Positions 19,838-29,410 of a DNA stretch of 53,154 nt are shown in pieces. The notes under the pieces were generated by a model. It had not been told where the DNA came from, did no database searches, and saw only the letters and a list, made by a program, of their open reading frames with translations. Made by a program: the position numbers and the translations under genes. Every line of letters begins with the position of its first letter. The first letter of the stretch is position 1. This DNA is from an uncultured Acetobacteraceae bacterium (GTDB taxonomy: Bacteria > Pseudomonadota > Alphaproteobacteria > Acetobacterales > Acetobacteraceae). Location of the stretch: NCBI GenBank assembly GCA_964249255.1, contig CAXUBN010000001.1:1-53154 (forward strand). The letters are read 5' to 3'.

Positions 19838-20691
19838 GTGCGCGCCGCCTCCAATCGGGCCACCGCCGGCTTCAGGAACGCGCTGCCGGTGCGGTAGGCC
19901 GCGAACCGCAGCGTCCGCACCGGCTCCCCGGCCGCTGCGGCAAGTTCGGCGATCCGCTCGCGCAGCGCCGCCTCGGCGCCATGGTCGAGCCGGTCAAGGG
20001 CCCCCTCGTCGAGCTCCACCACTAGGCCCTCGCGCCGTACCCGACAGCGCACCGCCATCGGCGCCAGCTCCAGGGCCGTCAGCCGCTCCACCGCATGCAC
20101 GAGCGCCAGGACCCGCGGCTCGATCGCCAGTCCGGTCTCGATCCGGCTCGACAGGCACGGCGCCGACGGCAGATCGGCCAGCTCGGCCAGCCCGACCAGC
20201 GGCGCGATCCGCCGCAACGTCGCCTTGGCGATCCCCGCCTCGACGAAGGGGTGCCGCACGCCATACTTGGCCGCCGCCCGCAGCCCCGGCCGGTAGTCGC
20301 CGAGATCGTCCGTGTTGGTGCCTGACAGCACCAAGGTGCCGCTGCCGCGCAGCCGTTCGGCGATGCTGCCGTAGAGCTTGTTCTTGCAGTGGAGGCAACG
20401 ATCGACCGGGTTGGCCCGGTAGCGCGGGTCGCCGAACTCGCCGGCATCGAACACCACCAGCGCCACGCCGAGGCGATCGGCCAGCGCCCGCGTACGCTCC
20501 GTCGCCTCCGGTGGCACCGCGGGCGAGGTCGCATGGTGCAAGGCCAGGCGGGCAGACCCCAACGTCGTCACCGCTGTGGCCGCCAGCGTCAGGCTGTCGA
20601 TGCCGCCGCTGACCGCGACCACCAAGTCCTGAGCCGGCAGCCCATGCAGTACCGCCTGCAGGCGTCGCAGCGCGGGCGCCGCGTCGCTCAT
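19834..20691 (-). CDS. larE: ATP-dependent sulfur transferase LarE
   Basis: PP-loop AVSGGIDS, NPVDRCLHCK, GTNTDDLGDYRPG, PSAPCLSSRI; 4-bp overlaps with larC and larB. Confidence 0.93.
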   Translation of the reverse strand: MSDAAPALRRLQAVLHGLPAQDLVVAVSGGIDSLTLAATAVTTLGSARLALHHATSPAVPPEATERTRALADRLGVALVVFDAGEFGDPRYRANPVDRCLHCKNKLYGSIAERLRGSGTLVLSGTNTDDLGDYRPGLRAAAKYGVRHPFVEAGIAKATLRRIAPLVGLAELADLPSAPCLSSRIETGLAIEPRVLALVHAVERLTALELAPMAVRCRVRREGLVVELDEGALDRLDHGAEAALRERIAELAAAAGEPVRTLRFAAYRTGSAFLKPAVARLEAART

Positions 20692-22016
20692 GCCCCTGCC
20701 CCCAGCGCGATCGCCTCCGCCAGCCGGCGCAGCCGGGCTCGGCCGGCGTGCCCGTCCGATGCCAGCAGGTGGTCCGACTCCGCCTTCGCCGTCTGCCCAT
20801 CCGGTCGCTGCGCCAGCTTCACGTCCACCGGCACGCCGTCCACCTCCAGGCGCGCCATCTGCCACTGCAACGCTCGGCCCTGCACCCGGTGGGTTCGCAG
20901 TCCGATCGTCGTGGTTTCGCGGAAGCAGGCGGCGACCACCTCCGCCGCCCGTTCCGGCGCCACCAGCACCTGCACGTGAACCGCGAGGCGGTTCTTCTTG
21001 CCGAAGGCCGTCATCTGCACGATGTCATGCACTCCTGGCAGCGTCCGCACCCGGTCGAGCCCGGTCGCCAGGTCCTCGCCGGACTGGTCGTCGACCTCGA
21101 ACGAGATCACCTCCAGCTCTCGGTGCGCGGCGCCCTGGCCGCCGTTGTCTTCCCTAACCTGCGGCTCCAGCACCAGCACGCGCACGCAGTTGCTGGTCCC
21201 GGGAAGCCGTCGCATGCCGTGGCCGATGCCGGTCCCGACCAGCCGGCCGGCTGGTCGGCTGCCCAGCAGGCCGGCCCGCCTCAGGTAGGCGAGGATCGCT
21301 GCCCCGGTCGGCGTCACCCGCTCGCCGCCGATGCCGTCGTCGATCGTCTCGAACCCTTGCAGCAGGAGCGTGGTCGCCGGTGCCGGGACCGGCATCAGGC
21401 CATGCGCGGTGCGGATCCGCCCCGACCCGAGCGGCAGCGCCGACACGCTCCAGCCGACCGCTCCGATCCGATCGATCAGCACCGCGGCCGCGACGATGTC
21501 GCCGATCGAGTCGGCAGCGCCGACCTCGTGGAACGTGATCGCATCCGGCTGGCAGCCGTGCACCTGTCCCTCGGCCTCGGCCAGCGTCGTGAAGATGCCG
21601 ATCGCATGCGCGTGCACGACATCCTCAAGTCCACAGTCTCCCAGGTGCGTGCGGATGTCCCGCCAGGCGCGGTGACCGTGCTCGACCCCGCTCGCGGTGT
21701 CGTCGGGATGGGGATCGAGCGTATGCTCGTGATGATGGTCGTGACCATGATCATGCTCGGCGTGCCGGGGCTCCGCATCATCGGTCGCGGCGGCGGACCG
21801 CCCATCCGCCCCCTCGATCTGGAAGCGCCATCCTGTCAGCACCCCGTCATCGTGCGCCAGCAGCCGACACCGCACCGGCGCCGCGCATGATACCGCCGCC
21901 TCGACCGCATCTCGATGCTGCGGGAACGCCCCGAGCAGGCACGCTGCGAACATGTCGCCGGCCAGGCCACCGAGCGGGTCCAGATGCAGATGGATCATGG
22001 GCATGATGATGCGCAC
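20688..22016 (-). CDS. larC: Nickel insertase LarC (single ORF, His-rich; start could be 21998)
   Basis: GLAGDMF, His-rich HDHGHDHHHEH, AEAEGQVHG, FHEVGAADSIGDIV, AHGLMPVPAPAT, ERVTPTGAAIL, EVDDQSGE, KKNR, ETTTIGLR. Confidence 0.95.
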   Translation of the reverse strand: MRIIMPMIHLHLDPLGGLAGDMFAACLLGAFPQHRDAVEAAVSCAAPVRCRLLAHDDGVLTGWRFQIEGADGRSAAATDDAEPRHAEHDHGHDHHHEHTLDPHPDDTASGVEHGHRAWRDIRTHLGDCGLEDVVHAHAIGIFTTLAEAEGQVHGCQPDAITFHEVGAADSIGDIVAAAVLIDRIGAVGWSVSALPLGSGRIRTAHGLMPVPAPATTLLLQGFETIDDGIGGERVTPTGAAILAYLRRAGLLGSRPAGRLVGTGIGHGMRRLPGTSNCVRVLVLEPQVREDNGGQGAAHRELEVISFEVDDQSGEDLATGLDRVRTLPGVHDIVQMTAFGKKNRLAVHVQVLVAPERAAEVVAACFRETTTIGLRTHRVQGRALQWQMARLEVDGVPVDVKLAQRPDGQTAKAESDHLLASDGHAGRARLRRLAEAIALGAGA

Positions 22017-22163
22017 GCCTGGAAGCCTCGTCCAAGCGGTCCCCCGCCGGGCTCACGACGTCGTGGCTTGCTTGGCCGTTCACTACCCTCACCCTCCGGT
22101 ACGGACCTCGTCTACTGCCGCGATCCATACGGCCCGCGCACCCTCGCCCTTATGGAGCATCCG

Positions 22164-23231
22164 ATGACCCCCGCCGACACCAGCGAGTCCATCCGGTTGC
22201 AGGACCCGGCCCTGCCGGTGACCCGCATCGACGATCCGGCCGCCCTGCCCCTGCTGACCGATGGTGGCGAGCGCCGCGGCGACATGCTGTACCGTCGCTT
22301 CGGCCGCACCGACGAGATGATCTCGGCGATCGGCATGGGCGGCTTCCACCTGGGCAAGAATGCCATCACCGACGAGGAGGCGGTGCGGCTGGTGCACGAG
22401 GGGGTCGATCGCGGCATCAGCTTCATCGACAACTGCTGGGACTACAACGGCGGCCGCTCCGAGTTGCGCGTGGGTGTGGCGTTGTCGCAGGGCGGTTACC
22501 GCGACCGGGTGTTCCTGATGTCCAAGATGGACGGCCGCTCCAAGGCCGAGGCGACGCGCCAGATCGACACCTCCCTGAAGCGCATGCGTACCGATCGCAT
22601 CGACCTCGTTCAGCACCACGAGATCCTGCGCTACGACGACCCCGACCGCATCTTCGGCGAGGGTGGCGCGATGGAAGCGTTCCTTGAGGCCAAACAGGCT
22701 GGCAAGATCCGCCACATCGGCTTCACCGGTCACAAGGATCCGCGCATCCATCTGCAGATGCTGGCGGTGGCCGCGGAGCGCGGGTTCCACTTCGACGCCG
22801 TGCAGATGCCGCTCAACGTGATGGACGCACATTTCCGCTCGTTCGCCCACCTGGTGCTGCCCTACCTCGTCCGGCATGGCATCGCGGTGCTGGGCATGAA
22901 GACGTTCGGTGACAGCGTCCTGCTCAAGAGCGAAGCGCCGATCACGCCGCTGGAATACCTTCACTACTCCCTTACCCTACCGACATCGGTGGTCATCACA
23001 GGCATGGAGAACCGACGGGACCTGGACCAAGCATTGGAAGCGACGCGCACCTTCGTGCCCATGGACAGGGAGACCCTGGCGGCACTTCTGCAGCGTAGCC
23101 GGCCCTATGCGCTGGAGGGCCGTTACGAGCTGTTCAAGACCAGCACCGTGTTCGATGGCACCGCCAAGAACTCGGTGTGGCTGGGGGAGGAGGCCGACAA
23201 CGTCAACGCCCTTGCCCCGGTCATGGAGTAG
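22164..23231 (+). CDS. Cytoplasmic aldo/keto reductase-fold protein, paralog of 18108-19157, divergent from larC
   Basis: GMGGFHL, DNCWDYNGG, SK, HHE, GFTGHK, QMPLNVMDAH, GMK, ELFKT..FDGT; no signal peptide. Confidence 0.9.
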   Translation: MTPADTSESIRLQDPALPVTRIDDPAALPLLTDGGERRGDMLYRRFGRTDEMISAIGMGGFHLGKNAITDEEAVRLVHEGVDRGISFIDNCWDYNGGRSELRVGVALSQGGYRDRVFLMSKMDGRSKAEATRQIDTSLKRMRTDRIDLVQHHEILRYDDPDRIFGEGGAMEAFLEAKQAGKIRHIGFTGHKDPRIHLQMLAVAAERGFHFDAVQMPLNVMDAHFRSFAHLVLPYLVRHGIAVLGMKTFGDSVLLKSEAPITPLEYLHYSLTLPTSVVITGMENRRDLDQALEATRTFVPMDRETLAALLQRSRPYALEGRYELFKTSTVFDGTAKNSVWLGEEADNVNALAPVME

Positions 23232-23261
23232 TTGCGTGTCGGCGGGGCCGCCCTGCGGTGA

Positions 23262-24293
23262 TCATGCCGCCTCGATCAGCCTCTCGATCGTGCCGCAGTA
23301 GGCATCGAGACTGAACTGTCGTTGCATTCGGAGCGCTCCGGCAGCACCCATGGCACGTGCCTGTCCGGGGTCGTTCAGCAGGGTGATGATCTTGTCGCGT
23401 AGTCCCTGGACATCCCCGGTCTGGGTGTGGAACCCGGTTTCCCCCTCGACCACAAGATCTGATGGCGCCTCGGTTTGGGTCGTAATGACTGCCTTGCCCA
23501 TCGCCATCGCCTCTGCGATGACCGCATAGCCCGAGGCGTGCCGTGCCGCATGCAGTGGCACCACGACGAACGACGCCCGGGCATAGAGCGCACGCAACCC
23601 GAGATAGTCACCGGCCGAGCTGACATCGACCGAGGGATGCAACACGGCAGGATCGACCTCCGCCGCCTTCGGCCGCCATAGGCTGTCGGCGGCGATACGC
23701 AGCGGTACGTTGAGATCCTTGGTTGCTGCGATCAGCGTGTGGTAGTCGCGGTTGGAGCTGCCGGCCGCCGCCACCAGCTGCTCCTCGGACGGAGGACCCG
23801 GCTCGAAGAACGTCGTGTCAACCCCGTAGCCGCCATTGTGGCATCGGTCTTCATCGAAGCCGTGCACTTCAACCAGGCGTCGACGCAACGACTCCGATAG
23901 GCACAGGAAATGAACGTGACGTGCCCGGCGCAACGCCGGCGCGACGACCGCAAATTTTCGGCTCTCCAGCAGGAACCCGTGCAGGATGATCCAGATCGGC
24001 GTGCGCACATGCCGCACGAGCGAGGCTAGCGCGAGCGGGATGCCGATGTCCTCCCCCGAGGCGAGCAGGACCCCGCGATTGCCTCCCTTCCGCACCAACA
24101 GTCGGGACAGTGCGATCCGCCTACGCAGCGAGGTGGGTGCTCCCGGATGCACCCGATCGGTCGCGATGACCTCCGCGCCGTTCCGCGCGGAGAAGACGTT
24201 GAACTCGGCCAGCGGCTGCTCTCCCGCCAGCTTGCGCCGCTCGATCTCCGGCTGCAGGGGGCCGCCCAGGACATAGCTGATGCAGCATGTCAT
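23262..24293 (-). CDS. GT4-family glycosyltransferase
   Basis: YGVDTTFF, NRDY, VVVPL...SG..VIAEAMAMGKAVI. Confidence 0.88.
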   Translation of the reverse strand: MTCCISYVLGGPLQPEIERRKLAGEQPLAEFNVFSARNGAEVIATDRVHPGAPTSLRRRIALSRLLVRKGGNRGVLLASGEDIGIPLALASLVRHVRTPIWIILHGFLLESRKFAVVAPALRRARHVHFLCLSESLRRRLVEVHGFDEDRCHNGGYGVDTTFFEPGPPSEEQLVAAAGSSNRDYHTLIAATKDLNVPLRIAADSLWRPKAAEVDPAVLHPSVDVSSAGDYLGLRALYARASFVVVPLHAARHASGYAVIAEAMAMGKAVITTQTEAPSDLVVEGETGFHTQTGDVQGLRDKIITLLNDPGQARAMGAAGALRMQRQFSLDAYCGTIERLIEAA

Positions 24294-24402
24294 TTCAGTT
24301 CCAAGCCCGCCACCCAGATGCCACGTCAGCCTGAGGCTGAACTCTTAATATTTCATGATCACTGCATCATGACGTCGCCTGCACCTTTGCTTAACCTTTC
24401 GC

Positions 24403-25947
24403 GTGCATGCAGGGCTCGAACTCCAGGGTCAGAAACCGTTGCACAACGTGGAACCAGGCGAGGATGTTGGCGAGCATACGGTCCGCACGCGGCCCGGTCA
24501 TGCTGGCAAAACCCCGTCCTACCTTGTTGGCGCGCTGTGGGCGGGCCTGAACGCCGGCGCCAGCGTCCTGCTGCCATTCGCGCTGTTTGTGTTCTTCGCC
24601 CGCGAGATTAGTCCGCCGCTGCTGGGCCTGGTGGCACTGGCGATGGCCTGCACCGAGATGGGCAAGGCGATCGGGCTGCCGGGCGTCTATGAGGCGCTGC
24701 TGCAGCAACGCCAGGATGTTTGGCGCTGCCACCAGGCCGCCATGGCTCTCCTGATCTGCGCGAGCGGCGTGCTGGCCCCCGCATGCCTGCTGGTGATCTA
24801 CAGCCTGGGCTTCCTGATGCCGGACCTGCATCGGCACTTCATGCTGCTGTCCGTCCTGGCGCTGCGGATCCCGCTCGATCTGCTGGTTGTCCAGCCACAG
24901 GCGGTGCTGGTCGAGAGACTGGCATTCCGCAGGCTGGCGCTTCGGACGATCGTCGCCAACGTGCTTGCCGGTACGGCGGGCGTGCTGATCGCCCTCTTGG
25001 TCGAGCCGGTCGATGGGCTGGTTGCCTATCAGCTCGTCCAGTCGATGCTGACCTTCGCTGCCACCTCGATCGGCGGAGGCCTGATGGCACGGCCCCACCT
25101 GCACCGCGACTGCATCCGCCGCCTGCGCAGCGAGATGCTGCTGTCGACCGGCAACCGATCCTTGGCGGCCACCATCAATTACCTGGATCAGATGACGATC
25201 GCCCCCCTCGCGGGCGAGGTAGGCCTTGCCTACTACAATCTCGGAAAGCGCCTCGAGAACACCTTCGTCACCGTCGCGAGCTCGTTCTCCGCCATACTGT
25301 TTCAGCCCTTATTCGCTGCCGATGGGATCCTGAGCAAGCGGAAGGCCACGTTCCGCGCACTCTTCGTGCTGACCCTGGTCTGCGGTATTCCGGCCAGCGT
25401 GGTGTTCTGCAACGGGCGGCTCGTGGTCGGCCTGTTGTTTGGACGCAACTGGCTGGGCGCCGCCCCGGTCGTCGCTTGGCTGTCACTCAACGGGTTTGTC
25501 CGCGCCGTCGGCATGGTGCCCGGCTCGTTCCTATCGGTTTCAGGACGTAACCGGGAACTCCTCATGACATCCATCGCGTCCGCCGCCGGCAGCCTTGCCT
25601 TGGTCGTTGCCCTGGCCCCGGTCAGCATCAGGCTCTGCGCCATCGGTCTGGTGATCAAGAACGCAGGCATCGTCGCTTGGATGGCCTGGCTGGTCCGCCG
25701 TGAGGTGAGTCAACCGGCGGCGACCTACCTGATCACTGTCATCATCCCCCTCGCCGTCATGATCGTTGCCGTCAGCCTGTGTAGGACCATGCTTGCTGTC
25801 GATGTCCTCCTGCCGACGCCGACGTTTGTCGTCCTGACGGTATCGGGATTGTGTGCCCTGATCGGCGGCGGCGTTTGGATTGGCCTCGCCAACATGATGT
25901 CGTACCACCTGACGCATCGCCGAATGGCGGCTGAGATTCGCGCATGA
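24403..25947 (+). CDS. Wzx/ExoT-like oligosaccharide flippase
   Basis: Many hydrophobic segments; FAREISP..LG, LAFRRLALR, GLAYYNLGKRL, LFGRNW. Confidence 0.8.
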   Translation: MHAGLELQGQKPLHNVEPGEDVGEHTVRTRPGHAGKTPSYLVGALWAGLNAGASVLLPFALFVFFAREISPPLLGLVALAMACTEMGKAIGLPGVYEALLQQRQDVWRCHQAAMALLICASGVLAPACLLVIYSLGFLMPDLHRHFMLLSVLALRIPLDLLVVQPQAVLVERLAFRRLALRTIVANVLAGTAGVLIALLVEPVDGLVAYQLVQSMLTFAATSIGGGLMARPHLHRDCIRRLRSEMLLSTGNRSLAATINYLDQMTIAPLAGEVGLAYYNLGKRLENTFVTVASSFSAILFQPLFAADGILSKRKATFRALFVLTLVCGIPASVVFCNGRLVVGLLFGRNWLGAAPVVAWLSLNGFVRAVGMVPGSFLSVSGRNRELLMTSIASAAGSLALVVALAPVSIRLCAIGLVIKNAGIVAWMAWLVRREVSQPAATYLITVIIPLAVMIVAVSLCRTMLAVDVLLPTPTFVVLTVSGLCALIGGGVWIGLANMMSYHLTHRRMAAEIRA

Positions 25948-27122
25948 GGTTGCTCTACCTCGTCCACGATCTCGGCGATGCCGCTGTCGCGCGTCGGCGA
26001 CGCTTCCTGCAGGACGGTGGTGGACATGTCGTCCTGATCGGCTTCCGTCGGCATCGTGGCAGCCGTGATCACGGCGATATGGATGGCCTGTGCATCGGCC
26101 AGACCCGGAACGGCCGCATGCTGCGCCGAACCTTATCGACCATCCGTGCCATCGCCTTCTCGCGCGGTTGGCGCGATGAGCTTCTGCAAGCCGATGCCAT
26201 CATCGCGCGCTCCCTTGAGATGCTCCTGCTCGCGGTCGCCGTGCGCCGCATGGCCAGGGTGACTGTGCCGATCGCCTACGAGTGTCTGGATGTTCACCGC
26301 CTGATGACCCGGCCGGGCCTGATCGGCAGACTGCTACGCTGGACCGAGCGGCGCCTGCTCGATTCGACCAGCCTGCTGATCGTCAGTTCGCCAAGTTTCA
26401 TCGAGTCCTACTTCTCGCCCGTCCACGGTCGTCTCCCACCCTGGCGCTTGTTGGAGAACAAGCTCCTCGCCAGCGAAATGCCGGGAAGGACTGATGTCAT
26501 CCCTCCACCATCCCTCCCAGCCGCCCTGCCATGGCGGATCGGCTGGTTCGGCATCATCCGCTGCAAACGCAGCCTGGAACTGCTTGCCGCCCTGGCCCAG
26601 GCATCGAATGGTTGCATCGAGATCGTTATTCGTGGCCGTGTTGCGTATGACGTCATCCCCGATTTTGATGCCCAGATCGCCGCCATACCCGGGCTGATCT
26701 TCGGCGGTCCCTATGATCGCACGACGCAGCTGGCCGCCATCTATGGGCAGGTACATTTCAACTGGGCTATCGACTTCTACGAGGACGGTCTCAACTCCGC
26801 TTGGCTGCTACCCAACCGACTCTACGAGGGAAGCGCCTTCGGTGCGGTGCCGATCGCGCTGCGTGCGGTCGAGACTGGCCGCTGGTTATCCTCGCATGGC
26901 TGCGGCCTTCTGCTCGACCAACCGATCGAGCAGACGCTCCCCACACTGTTCGCCGGCATGATCCCCGCTGCCTTTGAAGCGGCGCGGGATCGTGTGTTGG
27001 CGCTGGATCGCGCAGCGTTGATCGAGACCACCACCACGGCCGCTTCCTTCATCCTGACGCTCAGCAGCCTTGCCCCGACGACCGGTGCCGTCTCCTCAAG
27101 CTTCGCCAAGGTGAGCGCCTGA
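25944..27122 (+). CDS. exoL: ExoL-like succinoglycan-type glycosyltransferase
   Basis: LYLVHDLGDAAVARR, YECLDVHRL, LENK, IGWFGIIRCKRS, HFNWAIDFYEDGLNSAWLLPNRLYEG. Confidence 0.8.
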   Translation: MRLLYLVHDLGDAAVARRRRFLQDGGGHVVLIGFRRHRGSRDHGDMDGLCIGQTRNGRMLRRTLSTIRAIAFSRGWRDELLQADAIIARSLEMLLLAVAVRRMARVTVPIAYECLDVHRLMTRPGLIGRLLRWTERRLLDSTSLLIVSSPSFIESYFSPVHGRLPPWRLLENKLLASEMPGRTDVIPPPSLPAALPWRIGWFGIIRCKRSLELLAALAQASNGCIEIVIRGRVAYDVIPDFDAQIAAIPGLIFGGPYDRTTQLAAIYGQVHFNWAIDFYEDGLNSAWLLPNRLYEGSAFGAVPIALRAVETGRWLSSHGCGLLLDQPIEQTLPTLFAGMIPAAFEAARDRVLALDRAALIETTTTAASFILTLSSLAPTTGAVSSSFAKVSA

Positions 27123-28153
27123 TGACTGCTTCCCGGCCATTCTTCTCGATCGTGATACCGACCCTGAACGAGGAGAACTACATCGAGCAAGCGCTGTCGT
27201 CGCTGCTCGCTCAGATCGTCGGTGACGAAGCGGAGATCCTCGTTCTTGATGGTGGCAGTCACGACCAAACCAAGAATATCGTCTTGAGGATCGCTGATGC
27301 GTATCCGATCGTGCGCCTGATCAGCAATCCGGGTCGTACTCAATCGGCTGCATGCAACCTGGCAGCAAAGCTGGCTGATCCGCGAAGCCGGATCCTGATC
27401 CGTGCCGATGCCCACGCCGCGTATCCGCAAAGTTTTCTTAGTCACGCCATCCAGGCCTTGCTGGAGACCGGCGCCACCTCCGTTGTCGTACCGATGCGCA
27501 CGGTGGGGATTAAGCCACTTCAACGGGCGATCGCAGCGACGCAGAACAGCAGTCTCGGCAACGGCGGATCTGGTCACCGGCGGATCGGCACATCGCGCTT
27601 CGTCGATCACGGTCACCATGCTGCATTCGATCTGGCATTCTTTCGCTCTCTCGGCGGCTATGATCCTGATTTTACTCATAACGAGGATGGTGAACTTGAC
27701 GTTCGCGGCCTCAAGGCCGGTGGTCGTATTTGGCTGTGCGCAGAGGCGGTGATCGATTACTTTCCACGAGCCAATTTTTCGCAACTTGCACGTCAGTACT
27801 TCCGCCATGGCCGCGGCCGGGCAAGGACCACTGGCAAGCACAGGCTGTCCTTAAAGCTTCGGCAATACCTGCCCCTGGTCATACTGATAAGCATGTTGGC
27901 CTGCCTCTTGGCTCCTGTCCTTCCATGGATCGTTCTTCCGGCGATGCTCTACCTGACTGCCTGTCTCGCATGGGGCACGTCACCCGCCATTAGGCGACGC
28001 GATCCAGCGCTTCTGCTGATGGGTCCGGCCGCGGTCGTCATGCATCTCTCTTGGGCGACAGGTTTCGTGGCGGGTTTTGCGCGTCATCGCCTGCATAAGC
28101 CATTCCTTAACTCACTGGCCGTAGAAGAGAACCGTAGCGTCGGCGTGAACTGA
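27122..28153 (+). CDS. exoA: ExoA-like GT2 glucosyltransferase
   Basis: IPTLNE, DGGS.D, RADAHA.YP, LGNGGSGHR, VDHGHHA, FTHNEDGELD, QYFRHGRGRA. Confidence 0.85.
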   Translation: MTASRPFFSIVIPTLNEENYIEQALSSLLAQIVGDEAEILVLDGGSHDQTKNIVLRIADAYPIVRLISNPGRTQSAACNLAAKLADPRSRILIRADAHAAYPQSFLSHAIQALLETGATSVVVPMRTVGIKPLQRAIAATQNSSLGNGGSGHRRIGTSRFVDHGHHAAFDLAFFRSLGGYDPDFTHNEDGELDVRGLKAGGRIWLCAEAVIDYFPRANFSQLARQYFRHGRGRARTTGKHRLSLKLRQYLPLVILISMLACLLAPVLPWIVLPAMLYLTACLAWGTSPAIRRRDPALLLMGPAAVVMHLSWATGFVAGFARHRLHKPFLNSLAVEENRSVGVN

Positions 28154-28182
28154 TTCACGTCGATGTCGGAGATTGGCATACC

Positions 28183-29343
28183 GTGGGTTATTCTCGACGC
28201 GCTGCCTATCTTGGATCAAGTATCTTGATGATCGCATGTTTGTCTGGCTGCGGCGATTTCTTGTCTGAGAGCGGGCCTGGTCGTGCGGCTGTTGTCGTCA
28301 ACGCCACAACGGTAGCCACCGCCCCGACACCGTTTCCATATCAACTGATCACCGTTAACGCCTCGACGCTGCCGGCACTCGATGCTCCAATCGAACGATC
28401 GCGTTTCAACTCGGCGCCGTCCGAGGGAGCGATCCAGGGTGCTATCGGTATCGGCGACGATATCGGCGTCACCATCTTCGAATCCGGTCCCGGTGGCCTC
28501 TTCATCACGGATCATCCGGAAAATCAGTCCGGCAACTCCATCACCCTTCCCCCACAACAGGTCGATCAAACAGGCAACATCGTCATTCCTTACGGCGGCG
28601 TTATTTCTGTCGTTGGTCTCACCCCAGCCGGCGTGCAACGTGTCATCGAGCGCAGGCTGGCCAACCGGGCCTTGGAGCCGCAGGTCGTTGTCACCATCCT
28701 GGCGCGGCGGTCGGGTATGATCAACGTTGCCGGCGACGTTGCGGGTGCGGCACGCTTCTCACTCGATCCTGGTGGCGAAACCATGCTCGGTGCCATCTCA
28801 AGAGCTGGAGGGCCTCGTTTCCCGGACTATGAGACCACCGTCATCCTCCATCGCGGCAGCACAAGGCAGGCAGTCAGGCTGTCTACAATCGTCGATCAGC
28901 CATCCCAGAACCTGTCGCTTGAGCCGGGTGACACGATCTACCTTACACATGACCCCGACTTCTTCCTCGCTATGGGTGCAACTGGTCAGGCAACGTCGCT
29001 CGGACCACTGGATCGACGGATCGCTTTCGGAGGTGACAGGATCACGCTTGCGGACGCGCTGGCCAAGGCAGGTGGCTTGGAAGATGATCGCGCGAATGCT
29101 CGGGCCTGCTTTGTTTATCGGCTTCAGCATGGTCAGGATGAAGGACTGAAGAAAGCCCTGCCAACAATCTACCTGACTGACCTACATGATCCGGTTGGAT
29201 ACTTCTATGCGAGCAAGTTCGTGATGCATCCGGAAGATGTAATCTTTGTCTCCAATGCTCCAGAAACCGATATTGCCAAGTTCCTGAACTTGGTTCTACC
29301 CGCAGCATACTCGGCTGCAGGCTTCAGCAGTGGCTTTAGATGA
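28183..29343 (+). CDS. wza: Wza/ExoF-like outer-membrane polysaccharide export lipoprotein
   Basis: Lipobox LSGC; IGIGDDIGVTIFE, VDQTGNIVIPYGG, EPQVVV, TLADALAKAGG, DVIFVSNAP. Confidence 0.88.
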   Translation: MGYSRRAAYLGSSILMIACLSGCGDFLSESGPGRAAVVVNATTVATAPTPFPYQLITVNASTLPALDAPIERSRFNSAPSEGAIQGAIGIGDDIGVTIFESGPGGLFITDHPENQSGNSITLPPQQVDQTGNIVIPYGGVISVVGLTPAGVQRVIERRLANRALEPQVVVTILARRSGMINVAGDVAGAARFSLDPGGETMLGAISRAGGPRFPDYETTVILHRGSTRQAVRLSTIVDQPSQNLSLEPGDTIYLTHDPDFFLAMGATGQATSLGPLDRRIAFGGDRITLADALAKAGGLEDDRANARACFVYRLQHGQDEGLKKALPTIYLTDLHDPVGYFYASKFVMHPEDVIFVSNAPETDIAKFLNLVLPAAYSAAGFSSGFR

Positions 29344-29410
29344 CCAGTCTGTCAAGTAATTACTGCACGATGACGAAGCAACCACTTCATCAACAGGAAG
29401 GCTGCCTGAT

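Noticed and set aside
18048-22964. Opposite-strand ORFs over the lar locus (18048-19238, 20748-21890, 22089-22964) as a possible hidden larA
   Set aside because: They are antisense shadows of the AKR and larC genes and show no LarA-like motifs
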